IMG/VR virus record: IMGVR_UViG_3300032227_000235
Coordinates: 1 to 61,208 of that record
DNA length: 61,208 nt
Direction: 5' to 3' (one strand)
DNA from: a virus
Taxonomy: Duplodnaviria; Caudoviricetes
A program made the position numbers and the translations under genes. The notes beneath the pieces are model-generated. The model had not been told where the DNA came from. It saw nothing but the letters and a program-made list of their open reading frames with translations, and made no database searches. The first letter of the stretch is position 1; each line of letters begins with the position of its first letter. Of the stretch, positions 32,777 to 40,880 are shown piece by piece.

Positions 32777-33837
32777 TGGCGGTATATTACAATGAGATTG
32801 ATCCGGCGGCGGCGCATATTCTTCAAGCCCTGATTAAAAAGGGTGTGATTGCGGATGGTGTCGTCGATCGACGATCTATTTCGGAGGTTCAGCCAGATGA
32901 AATCCGTGAATTCAAGCAATGTCATTTCTTCGCCGGAGGAGGGTTGTGGTCCGTCGCTTTACGACTTGCCGGCTACGCAGACGATCGATCTATTTGGACA
33001 GGTAGTTGCCCTTGCCAACCCTTCTCAGTCGCGGGAAAGGGCGCCGGTAAAGACGATAAACGGCATTTATGGCCCGACTTCTTTCGACTCATCGAAGGCT
33101 GTAGGCCCGCTATCGTCATGGGTGAACAGGTTAGCGGATCGGCTGGCTATGATTGGTTCGATGGAGTCGCCTCTGATCTGGAACGAGGTGGTTACAAAGC
33201 AAGGGCGGTCGATATACCGGCTCTCGCCGTGGGCGCCGCGCATATCAGACAACGGCTCTATTGGATCGGCGTGGGCGACACCGTCAGCGCGCGATTGGAA
33301 AGACACTCCTGGAATGTCCCTGGACGGGATAAATCCGGACGGCTCGGAGAGATTAAGAGTGGATCAACTACCGCGCCAAGTAATTGCTGCGACATGGCCG
33401 ACGCCAATCCAATCGGATGCGATGGGATCGGGAACTCGCAATGCGCCGGGATCGAAAGCTCATGCGGGCGTGAGTTTATCAGACATGGTGAAGACGGGAT
33501 CGTCTACCGGCAGGGCAATTTGGCCAACACCGACAGTTCCGGGTGGCGGGAACACAGTGCCGGAAGGAACATCAATGACGGGCAAAATGCCGAATGGAAA
33601 AAAACGGCAAGTGACAACGAATTTAGTAGCGCATGGGATGACGCAGAATGGTTCACAGGATGCGACGGGAAAGCGCGGCGCGTTAAACCCGGAATTCGTC
33701 TTTTGGCTGATGGGATTCCCGGAAGAGTTCACTTACTGCGCCTTGGAGGCAATGCAATCGTTCCGCCTCTCGCGGCACAAGTCATCAAAGCAATGATGGA
33801 AAGTGAAGAGATTTTTTTTGTGGAGAGCGACTGCTAA
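32776..33837 (+). CDS. C5 cytosine methyltransferase, alpha chain
   Basis: FFAGGG (I), PCQPFS (IV), EQV (VI), HIRQRLYW (VIII), GNAIVP (X); no motif IX in this frame. Confidence 0.9.
   Translation: MAVYYNEIDPAAAHILQALIKKGVIADGVVDRRSISEVQPDEIREFKQCHFFAGGGLWSVALRLAGYADDRSIWTGSCPCQPFSVAGKGAGKDDKRHLWPDFFRLIEGCRPAIVMGEQVSGSAGYDWFDGVASDLERGGYKARAVDIPALAVGAAHIRQRLYWIGVGDTVSARLERHSWNVPGRDKSGRLGEIKSGSTTAPSNCCDMADANPIGCDGIGNSQCAGIESSCGREFIRHGEDGIVYRQGNLANTDSSGWREHSAGRNINDGQNAEWKKTASDNEFSSAWDDAEWFTGCDGKARRVKPGIRLLADGIPGRVHLLRLGGNAIVPPLAAQVIKAMMESEEIFFVESDC
32897..33796 (+). CDS. Overlapping +1-frame ORF, putative methyltransferase beta chain
   Basis: GGAGG at 32883 before ATG 32897; three W[AP]TP repeats; LNPEFVFWLMGFP resembles motif IX. 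Confidence 0.7.
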   Translation: MKSVNSSNVISSPEEGCGPSLYDLPATQTIDLFGQVVALANPSQSRERAPVKTINGIYGPTSFDSSKAVGPLSSWVNRLADRLAMIGSMESPLIWNEVVTKQGRSIYRLSPWAPRISDNGSIGSAWATPSARDWKDTPGMSLDGINPDGSERLRVDQLPRQVIAATWPTPIQSDAMGSGTRNAPGSKAHAGVSLSDMVKTGSSTGRAIWPTPTVPGGGNTVPEGTSMTGKMPNGKKRQVTTNLVAHGMTQNGSQDATGKRGALNPEFVFWLMGFPEEFTYCALEAMQSFRLSRHKSSKQ

Positions 33838-33864
33838 TGTAGAGAATCAACTGCAATTGTGGTT
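33829..33864. promoter_or_regulatory. Tandem 16-bp operators before the replication genes
   Basis: GACTGCTAATGTAGAG (33829) and AACTGCAATTGTGGTT (33849), 20 bp apart. Confidence 0.5.
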
Positions 33865-33942
33865 CAATAATTAGTTCAGGCGGGAGAGTCGTGAGGCTCG
33901 ACTCTATCCCGCCCTAACAACGAAACGCTGCGAGGAAGCGCC

Positions 33943-34254
33943 GTGTCTGATTCAGAATATCCATTATCGACTCCCGAATTGCAAGCTGAACGACTGCCCA
34001 AGCAGTCGTCTTCACAAGTTACGCAAGATTTTCCCAGCGAGTTTTATGTCGCGGCATTGCGCTCAACGGTGATGGATCCATTGCGTCGGGAATTCATATC
34101 CGAATGCCTGAACCATGTTCAGCGTCTCGCCTTTATGGCGGATCGGGCGATCTGTATCGGCCAAGATCCTCTCTATGAAACACAAATAGAGATGATGCGG
34201 TCAGTGATGCGGGAGGCACTGAAAACCTATAAAGAAATGAAGGATGCTGAGTGA
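33943..34254 (+). CDS. Hypothetical protein
   Basis: GAGG RBS; overlaps the helicase start. Confidence 0.6.
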   Translation: MSDSEYPLSTPELQAERLPKQSSSQVTQDFPSEFYVAALRSTVMDPLRREFISECLNHVQRLAFMADRAICIGQDPLYETQIEMMRSVMREALKTYKEMKDAE

Positions 34255-35756
34255 TGTGGTTCGATCGTGACGACATACGTCCTTTGCGCGACTATCAAGC
34301 CGAAACAAAAAGCCGTCTTGATGAGCTTCTTTCACGCGGCGCCAAGCGGATAATGATCCAAGGTCCATGCGGTTTCGGCAAGACGCTAACAGCGGCTCAT
34401 ATAATCGCTGATTTTATCGAAAGAGGAAAACGGGTTTGCTTTGTGGCGCCACGTTTAACGCTGATCGATCAATCTATTGAGGCATTCGAGAAAGAGGGCT
34501 TTGGTCGGCATATCGGCGTTATCCAAGGCCAACATGCGATGACTAATTATGATGCGCTGCTTCAGGTCGCCTCTCTCCAGACGCTAACGCGCCGTCGGCT
34601 CCCACACATCGATGCGTTTATTGTCGATGAAGCACATATGACTAGTGATGCCTTTTTGACTTTGGTTGAGCAACACAAGGCTGTCCCTTTTATTGGGCTA
34701 TCGGCTACGCCGTGGCGGGCCGGATTAGGGCGCACATATCAGGATTTGATTGTTGCTGAGACGACGCAGGGATTGATCGATAGAGGCTTTTTGGTGCCTT
34801 TTAAGATCTTTGCTCCGGCGCCGCCGTTGGATCTTTCTATGGTCAAGGTGCTTGGCACAGGTGACTATAATCAAGGTCAGCTAGCAGAGGTTGTAAATCA
34901 GAATGAGATCGTTGGCGATATTATCCGTCATTGGCTCAAGCTCGGTGAAGATCGTCCTACAATTTGTTTTTGCGTCAATCTTGAACATGCCAAGCATGTC
35001 CAGCAACGGTTTGTGGAAGCTGGCGTGAAGGCTGGCTATGTCGATTGCTACACAGACGATAACGATCGGCGCCAATTGATCGAAGATTTTCGCAAGGGCG
35101 ATATCCGTGTCATCTGCAATGTCGGTGTTTTGACTACTGGATTCGATGCGCCCGAGGCGAGTTGCATGATCGATGCGGCTCCAACAAAGAGCCTGATCCT
35201 GCACGTTCAGAAGACCGGTCGCGTCCTGAGAACGGCGCCGGGAAAAGAGAATGCTCTGATTCTGGATCACGCCGGCAACACACTGTCTCTAGGAATAGTT
35301 TCCGAAATTAAGCGCACGGATATGTGCGACGGATCGCCTGATAGTCGCGCCAAGCGCAAAGACATGGAGAAGAAAGATCCGAAGCCTCGGATGTGTCCTG
35401 AGTGCAAGACGGTCTCGGCGCGTCATCTGGAAGAATGTCCTCAATGCGGGCATTTGTTCAAGAGGTTTACGACGATCGTGCATTCTGACGGCCAGCTAGT
35501 TGAGCGCGGTCAGCGCGTCTCTGGCAATGAGATTGTGATGGATCAGAAAGCTGCATTCTATGCTGAATTGCGCGCCTATGGACACCACAAGGGCTATAAG
35601 GATGGTTGGGCGGCTAACCAGTATAAGAACCGGTTTGGCGTGTGGCCTAATGATCCAAAGGTCAGATATGCGCCGCCAAGAGATCCGTCTTTAGAGACGA
35701 TGAATTGGATCAAAAGCCAGCAAATAGCGTGGTCGCGCACTCAACTGCGTGGTTAG
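34251..35756 (+). CDS. Superfamily 2 DEAH helicase with C-terminal Zn ribbon
   Basis: LRDYQ, GFGKT, DEAH, SAT, TGFD, QKTGRVLR; CPEC..CPQC. Confidence 0.95.
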   Translation: MMWFDRDDIRPLRDYQAETKSRLDELLSRGAKRIMIQGPCGFGKTLTAAHIIADFIERGKRVCFVAPRLTLIDQSIEAFEKEGFGRHIGVIQGQHAMTNYDALLQVASLQTLTRRRLPHIDAFIVDEAHMTSDAFLTLVEQHKAVPFIGLSATPWRAGLGRTYQDLIVAETTQGLIDRGFLVPFKIFAPAPPLDLSMVKVLGTGDYNQGQLAEVVNQNEIVGDIIRHWLKLGEDRPTICFCVNLEHAKHVQQRFVEAGVKAGYVDCYTDDNDRRQLIEDFRKGDIRVICNVGVLTTGFDAPEASCMIDAAPTKSLILHVQKTGRVLRTAPGKENALILDHAGNTLSLGIVSEIKRTDMCDGSPDSRAKRKDMEKKDPKPRMCPECKTVSARHLEECPQCGHLFKRFTTIVHSDGQLVERGQRVSGNEIVMDQKAAFYAELRAYGHHKGYKDGWAANQYKNRFGVWPNDPKVRYAPPRDPSLETMNWIKSQQIAWSRTQLRG

Positions 35757-35863
35757 CGACTGCGCTTGTGGAATAACGTCCGACGGCGCTTGCATTCGGA
35801 TTAATCGTGCGTCCTAAATAGAGAAGCCGGCAGGAACGCCAATTCCTACCGGCTTAAACAGAA

Positions 35864-35912
35864 ACCACAAGGGTAATTGTGGTTGAATTAACACCACAAG
35901 GGCAGTTGTGGC
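35864..35912. promoter_or_regulatory. Two tandem palindromes ACCACAA-N6-TTGTGG overlapping the rep start
   Basis: ACCACAAgggtaaTTGTGGT (35864) and ACCACAAgggcagTTGTGGC (35893). Confidence 0.55.
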
Positions 35913-36636
35913 AGCAATAAATATACATCTCCAGCAATCTCACGGCAACTCTGTAGTCTCCAAGACACATAGAGAAAGGGCCGTATTAGCTGATAAAAAG
36001 CATATGCGCGCCTTCTCATATTTGAATGGCGTTAAGAATATAATTGTCGAGCAATTAAAGATGGAGGATGGCGTCGATGTTGTTGGCGCCGTGGCTGCTT
36101 TTTGGGTGTGCCTAGATTTTGCTCCTGCTGGAAAATATTATTTCAAAAATAAACATAAGATTATTTCTCAGGCAATTTTTAATTGGGAAGTCGATTACAA
36201 CGCTATCGAGCGTCATTTACGAGATTGCGGAATTAAGCCTGTCGAGTGCGATATAATGGACGGGCTAGAGATGGCTCGTGATTATGCCTTTTCGGCAAAG
36301 TCTATATCTCAGCTATGCGGGTTTACTGTAGCGGTTCAGGCGGCTTTAGACGCCTCTGGGATCAGCGTCCCGTTTAGCCCTTACAATATAGATCCTATCG
36401 TCAAGAAGGATCGTAAAAACACAAAGCGCAATGCCGCGCAAAGGAGTAGACGGCTTGCTGCTGGCGTTAAACCGCATTCTCAATCTGACGCCCGATTGAA
36501 GCCTTGGGAGGCTCTTGGGATCAGTCGTGCCACATATTATCGGCTCAAAAAGGACGGCACATTACCGTCCTGTGGCCGGCCCTGTCGTGAGACTAAAATG
36601 AAGCCCTGCATCTACCAATTAGAGGCTTCAAATTAG
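35908..36636 (+). CDS. Putative replication initiator with ColE2-Rep-like C-terminal HTH
   Basis: KPWEALGISRATYYR C-terminal motif; follows the helicase. Confidence 0.6.
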   Translation: MAAINIHLQQSHGNSVVSKTHRERAVLADKKHMRAFSYLNGVKNIIVEQLKMEDGVDVVGAVAAFWVCLDFAPAGKYYFKNKHKIISQAIFNWEVDYNAIERHLRDCGIKPVECDIMDGLEMARDYAFSAKSISQLCGFTVAVQAALDASGISVPFSPYNIDPIVKKDRKNTKRNAAQRSRRLAAGVKPHSQSDARLKPWEALGISRATYYRLKKDGTLPSCGRPCRETKMKPCIYQLEASN

Positions 36637-36641
36637 TCTCA
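36588..36641. repeat. 18-bp inverted repeat, candidate replication origin
   Basis: TGAGACTAAAATGAAGCC ... GGCTTCAAATTAGTCTCA (16/18 match) at the 3' end of rep. Confidence 0.55.
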
Positions 36642-36682
36642 ATTTATCCAGCTCTGTCTGGGCATACGAAAAGGAGGTCAGC

Positions 36683-36985
36683 ATGTTCCAGTATATCGGC
36701 AATAAGAAGGGTATGACGGTTCACTTATGGCTACCGGAGGTAGAGGACACGGCTTGCACACAATGGTCTTCAGGCGGGATCAGGGACAAGCACCATTATA
36801 TCGCCTATCAGAGTGCTAGCAGGAAAAAGGTCTGCCACATGTGCAACCAGTTCACGCACAAGCTGGATGAGCGCATTGCCAAGCTGAAAGCCCGTCGCTC
36901 TCGCTCGGGTGTGGCGCCCGCAGAGCCTCTAAAGATCTTGATGCGAGAAGATTTGGAGCGGATGGGTTTTTTCCGGGAAATTTGA
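36683..36985 (+). CDS. Hypothetical Zn-binding protein
   Basis: AGGAGG RBS; HLW...DTAC..WS.GG...C.MC. Confidence 0.65.
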   Translation: MFQYIGNKKGMTVHLWLPEVEDTACTQWSSGGIRDKHHYIAYQSASRKKVCHMCNQFTHKLDERIAKLKARRSRSGVAPAEPLKILMREDLERMGFFREI

Positions 36986-37074
36986 GGTGATAAGCCGGAA
37001 AGCGACTCAAAGTGAATTCCCTTCTGAGTCGTTTTGTGGTTGACTGCATTTGTCAATTCCAGTCGGGAATCGGT

Positions 37075-37539
37075 ATGCAAGACGGGACCAGTAATCGCGC
37101 TGTTTCACCGGAGAGATCTGGTTGGCGGGATGAATCCATTAGTCAGCGCCATCGAGCATGGGGCTTTAACTGCCCATGCGTCGATATGGATTTTCTAGTT
37201 GTTGAATATAACTGCGGAAAGCCTGTTGCTCTGATCGAATACAAGCTGCATTCGGCTAGACCGGTTGATCCTCGGCATCCGACATATACTGCTTTGCGAT
37301 ATCTCGCTGACAAGCATAGTGATGGCGCCCTTCCATTTATGATTGCTCGCTATTGGCCTGATATTTGGGCCATGCGTGTTTTGCCTATGAATGATGCGGC
37401 GGCTCAGTGGTTTGCGCCGCGGGAGACGGTTAGCGAATTGGAATTTGTAAAGCGCCTGTATGAAATGCGGCGCCTGACGCTAGACCGCAATGTTATCTCG
37501 ACACTGAATGATATTCTCCCGGCAAGCGAGGCTGCGTGA
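37075..37539 (+). CDS. Putative PD-(D/E)xK-fold protein
   Basis: DMDF..VEY...P.ALIEYK. Confidence 0.5.
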   Translation: MQDGTSNRAVSPERSGWRDESISQRHRAWGFNCPCVDMDFLVVEYNCGKPVALIEYKLHSARPVDPRHPTYTALRYLADKHSDGALPFMIARYWPDIWAMRVLPMNDAAAQWFAPRETVSELEFVKRLYEMRRLTLDRNVISTLNDILPASEAA

Positions 37540-38159
37540 TGTCTGATTTGATCCCTGTCGTTCGCTATTGGCCATTTACATTTTCGCAGAGAATTATCCG
37601 TTGGGATTATACGGCTGTCGATGGATCTATGGAGCCATTGGTTGCGTTGTTTTTTTATGACGCGCCGTCGAATAGCCTGGTCTATGCGGATTATGATGCG
37701 AAGGGCGTTTGGAAGGATAATTGGTATCTACGTTATATTCCCGGATTTGGTGTTGCCGAATGGATGGACACATATCCTGGTAAGAGCGTTACTCTTTCGC
37801 CTCCCATTGGGTGGGGCGATATGGTCCGTATAGGTGATACCTATACAAACCATCCCGCCTTCGACACGTTTCGTTGTTCGCCGCCACAGATCGGTTCCGG
37901 CGATCAGATCGTCACTTTTGAGGCTTTACATCCGACATGGTCGAATGATGCTGGCAAGGTTTGGGAAGACGTTCTTCAAATTTCCTACATGCAGAGATGG
38001 AGCGGCGGCAAGTGGAGCGGTGCGCGCTATTGGCTAGCTGCCGGCTTAGGTCCGTGCGCAGTTCAATGGCAAGCAGAAGGTGACAATGGAGAGATTGTTA
38101 CTGTTGCTAGGATGGATGGCGAAATAACGATTTACAACGATGAAGCGAAGGTGGCGTGA
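37536..38159 (+). CDS. Hypothetical Trp-rich beta protein
   Basis: Coupled ORF; YWLA.GLGP motif. Confidence 0.6.
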   Translation: MMSDLIPVVRYWPFTFSQRIIRWDYTAVDGSMEPLVALFFYDAPSNSLVYADYDAKGVWKDNWYLRYIPGFGVAEWMDTYPGKSVTLSPPIGWGDMVRIGDTYTNHPAFDTFRCSPPQIGSGDQIVTFEALHPTWSNDAGKVWEDVLQISYMQRWSGGKWSGARYWLAAGLGPCAVQWQAEGDNGEIVTVARMDGEITIYNDEAKVA

Positions 38160-38389
38160 TGATCGGTGAGATACGCATGTTTCCGTATGCTAGGACGCCT
38201 GAAGGCCACATCCCATGTGATGGGCGTGAGCTAGAGGTCAAGAAGTTTCCTGCCTTATTCAATCTGATCGGTAATGAGTTTGGCGGTGATGGCTCTAGTC
38301 ATTTCTGTGTTCCTAAAATGCTGAATGAGTTTCCCGGCCTGTATTTCTTTATTCACGCCTATGATGACGACTATCCAGTATTCGAGTGA
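38156..38389 (+). CDS. Stand-alone phage tail collar domain protein
   Basis: IGEIRMF...P.G..PCDGR.L....PALF.LIG..FGGDG...F.VP. Confidence 0.85.
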   Translation: MMIGEIRMFPYARTPEGHIPCDGRELEVKKFPALFNLIGNEFGGDGSSHFCVPKMLNEFPGLYFFIHAYDDDYPVFE

Positions 38390-38595
38390 TGGATGTTGAT
38401 ATGACGGCACTATGGGCTGCGGTCGTTATGATTTGCGTGAGTAGTGGCGCGAGTGCTGTCACTACCTACATCCCGTTTTATGATTTGATGGCGTGTGAAT
38501 CTGCTCGTCGTGATCTAAAACTGAGGATGCCTTCGATAGAGAGTAACTGCGTCCCTACAATAACCGGGAACGCGAGTAGACATAATGTTCAATGA
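38386..38595 (+). CDS. Small Cys-containing exported-type protein
   Basis: Hydrophobic N-terminus; F.....CE.A...C pattern. Confidence 0.55.
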   Translation: MMDVDMTALWAAVVMICVSSGASAVTTYIPFYDLMACESARRDLKLRMPSIESNCVPTITGNASRHNVQ

Positions 38596-38689
38596 CGATG
38601 ATCTCAAGCAGATGGCGTTTATCTCTATTATGTGGGTTGTCGCTGCGTTTGTAAGTTTTGTGATCGTTATATGGCTGGTGCTGCAATGA
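38585..38689 (+). CDS. 34-aa single-TM protein (not in ORF track)
   Basis: MFNDDDLKQMAFISIMWVVAAFVSFVIVIWLVLQ; fills the gap with overlapping start and stop. Confidence 0.5.
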   Translation: MFNDDDLKQMAFISIMWVVAAFVSFVIVIWLVLQ

Positions 38690-38871
38690 CTGAATCATTT
38701 GAGCAATATGATGTTTCGATAGAGCGAAAGAATAATACAGAATTCACGATTACATCGTTCGACATGCCGGAAGATGCTTTTGGAAAGCGAATGGTGGCTT
38801 TATTGTTTATGCGTATTGCTGAAGAATTAGATCCGGGTCTTTTTAACAAAGGAGAGAGTCAGGATGATTGA
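38686..38871 (+). CDS. Hypothetical protein
   Basis: ATGA overlap with the previous ORF (MTESFEQY...). Confidence 0.5.
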   Translation: MTESFEQYDVSIERKNNTEFTITSFDMPEDAFGKRMVALLFMRIAEELDPGLFNKGESQDD

Positions 38872-39040
38872 TTGGCTTATTAATCTTATTAAAAGCTGGC
38901 TAGGACATCAGCTCCTGGCTGATGAAGAGGAATCAGAGCGCAAGCGTGATGAAGAAATTCGTCGTAAACAAAAGGAAATAATTGATGCTGAATACACGAC
39001 AGATCAAACTGCTGACGATCTTGATAGCGGTAATTTCTAG
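38864..39040 (+). CDS. Putative i-spanin (Rz-like), 58 aa, not in ORF track
   Basis: GGAGAG RBS; amphipathic N-terminus, charged coil, DDLDSGNF end; overlaps the lipoprotein gene. Confidence 0.5.
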   Translation: MIDWLINLIKSWLGHQLLADEEESERKRDEEIRRKQKEIIDAEYTTDQTADDLDSGNF

Positions 39041-39212
39041 TGCTGGTTGCAATGACAGTGTGGGCGATCGTGGCGTGGGCTGTCCTCCGCTCGCGTCCTA
39101 TAGCGTTGCCGAACAGAAAGAGGCGGCGGCTGAGATCAGACGAAACCCGAACGGGCAATTAGCCAAAATGGTTAGGGACTACGGAAAGTTTAGGAAGGCT
39201 TGTCGTCTATGA
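38982..39212 (+). CDS. Putative o-spanin (Rz1-like) lipoprotein
   Basis: Lipobox SAGC; CPPL..YS..EQ..AA.E...DY...R.AC. Confidence 0.7.
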   Translation: MMLNTRQIKLLTILIAVISSAGCNDSVGDRGVGCPPLASYSVAEQKEAAAEIRRNPNGQLAKMVRDYGKFRKACRL

Positions 39213-39370
39213 AGGATAAGCGATGTCGCTGGTCTCCAGAAGATGATGAATTGATATTGGAGTGCTTATCTCAGGGCATGAGCTACACTGTGATCGCCGT
39301 GCTGCTAGGCGTCACGCGCAGCATGATTGGCGGCAGGGTTTATAGGATTAAGAGGAAAGGAAAGAAATGA
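39209..39370 (+). CDS. GcrA N-terminal HTH-like protein, 53 aa, not in ORF track
   Basis: WSPEDDELI...QGMSY..IA..LGVTRSMIGGRVYR matches the GcrA DNA-binding pattern. Confidence 0.7.
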   Translation: MKDKRCRWSPEDDELILECLSQGMSYTVIAVLLGVTRSMIGGRVYRIKRKGKK

Positions 39371-39564
39371 GGAATATATCTTCGCTTACATCTATGGTTT
39401 TTACGGGTAAGGATTACGGATATTTGATTGCTGTCTGTGAAGACGGGACAGTTTGGTCTCGTGTATTTCCGGAGGCTCGTGGCGAAAGCTGGAAACAGAT
39501 TGAAAGCATATCTGATGCTGGAAGTAGAGTTATGGAGCCACAGGTTTTTGACCGTGCCTCCTGA
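39367..39564 (+). CDS. Hypothetical protein
   Basis: LIAVCEDGTVW...W..I motif; ATGA overlap. Confidence 0.6.
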   Translation: MRNISSLTSMVFTGKDYGYLIAVCEDGTVWSRVFPEARGESWKQIESISDAGSRVMEPQVFDRAS

Positions 39565-39667
39565 AGCAGTCGATCCGACATTAGCCTACGTCGATTTTTT
39601 AATTGGCGTAGGAATTGGGATATTGATCTCGGTTTCATTCATTTTTTGGAGTGATTGGCGCCGTTGA
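39554..39667 (+). CDS. Small single-TM protein
   Basis: GTG start; FLIGVGIGILISVSFIFW. Confidence 0.45.
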   Translation: MPPEAVDPTLAYVDFLIGVGIGILISVSFIFWSDWRR

Positions 39668-39696
39668 AATTATTTTGATTTTTTATTCAAATATCG

Positions 39697-39725
39697 TTGA
39701 CTCCATATGCAGTCTATGAGAATGT
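39697..39725 (+). promoter_or_regulatory. Sigma70-like promoter with overlapping operator
   Basis: AT-rich upstream element, TTGACT, GAGAAT; GACTCCA-TA-TGCAGTC at 39699-39714. Confidence 0.6.
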
Positions 39726-39764
39726 TTCATTATTCGAAGGGCAATCTCGTCCACGGAGTTTCAC

Positions 39765-40250
39765 ATGCAAGGTCTCTCTCTTAAAAATCTTAAAGTTCAT
39801 CATGGGTTGTCTGAAGAGACAACTTGTTATGAGGCTTCTTTATATTTGAATGGCAAGTTGGTTGCGTTTCTTTGCAACAATGGTCAGGGCGCACCTGATA
39901 GGCAACAATTCAAAGACCGCGCTATTGAGAAGCAGATTGAAGATTGGTTCAAATCACAGCCTGAAAAAGTGTCTCGTGATGGCTCTTTCTCATACCCATA
40001 TAATCTAGAGACATGGGTTGGTGAGCAAATTGAGCGTAGTCTTACTGTTAAAGATTACCGCAAAAAATCCAAGAAAATGATTTCAGCTATTAGCGCGGAT
40101 GGAAAATTTCTTCGCTGGCCAAAGATACCTGTTTCTAATTTAGAACTACACCGCAAATCTCTTTTAGAAAAATATCCCGGCGTGATTTTCATTCAAGATT
40201 TAAGTGATGATCAATTGTATGCGGCTCTTATAAAGCATGTGGAGGATTGA
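39765..40250 (+). CDS. Conserved hypothetical phage early protein
   Basis: LKNLK....SEET.CYEASLYLNGK.....N.G.G family pattern. Confidence 0.7.
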   Translation: MQGLSLKNLKVHHGLSEETTCYEASLYLNGKLVAFLCNNGQGAPDRQQFKDRAIEKQIEDWFKSQPEKVSRDGSFSYPYNLETWVGEQIERSLTVKDYRKKSKKMISAISADGKFLRWPKIPVSNLELHRKSLLEKYPGVIFIQDLSDDQLYAALIKHVED

Positions 40251-40251
40251 T

Positions 40252-40437
40252 ATGTCAGCTATGAAATTTCTTTGGGAACAATGGTGCGAAAGGGCTGAGT
40301 ATGAGCTTGGCGCCCGCATGTTATCTGGTTCAAGAGAAGAAGAGCTTGCGGTGGAATATTTTAGCGATGGCAAGGAGCCTTGGGATTTTGCTAATGCGCT
40401 GGAAGATATGTGGCTCGCAAGTCAGCAACTTTATTAG
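40252..40437 (+). CDS. Hypothetical protein
   Basis: GGAGG RBS before ATG. Confidence 0.55.
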   Translation: MSAMKFLWEQWCERAEYELGARMLSGSREEELAVEYFSDGKEPWDFANALEDMWLASQQLY

Positions 40438-40439
40438 AG

Positions 40440-40565
40440 GTTCGGGAAGAACACACTGAGGGATCGGCGGCAGTCCAAGAACAGCAAGTTGAAGGGTTCC
40501 CGAATATTATTAGTGTTCCATACTCAGCACTAATAGTGAAAACGCCCTGAAACAGCCGCCAGCTA
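40440..40565 (+). ncRNA. Candidate structured RNA (pseudoknotted)
   Basis: Several complementary segments in a 175-bp intergenic gap (see findings). Confidence 0.4.
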
Positions 40566-40612
40566 TTTACGAGGTCATTGAAGGGCAATTATGCCTACAA
40601 TGGAGGGAAGCT

Positions 40613-40831
40613 ATGTTATCGATTGAATACTCTTCAAAGAATGTTGGATGGCTCAAATGGATCGACGCTGTCGAGAAATTTGTTGGCCATAGCATGGATG
40701 GCGACCAAAAGACTGATGGCTATTCACTGGATCTAGCCCATCTTGCTTATTCTACAGGCGCCACTGTTTTATCGTATGCCTATCATGTTGAAGGCCGCAA
40801 GAAGGCTTTACTGAAGGCAAGCAATAGCTAA
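40613..40831 (+). CDS. Hypothetical protein
   Basis: GGAGG RBS; GH..DGDQ..DGYSLD.A motif. Confidence 0.65.
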   Translation: MLSIEYSSKNVGWLKWIDAVEKFVGHSMDGDQKTDGYSLDLAHLAYSTGATVLSYAYHVEGRKKALLKASNS

Positions 40832-40850
40832 TAGGTATTTACTATGCGTT

Positions 40851-40880
40851 GGGCGGGATTAATAGTCTCGCCCTTGCTAT
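40851..40880 (+). terminator. Terminator-like hairpin
   Basis: GGGCGGGATT / AGTCTCGCCC stem. Confidence 0.5.

Noticed and set aside
40455-40555. Hammerhead ribozyme in the structured intergenic element
   Set aside because: CTGAGGG does not fit the CUGAnGA core, and the stems do not match hammerhead topology
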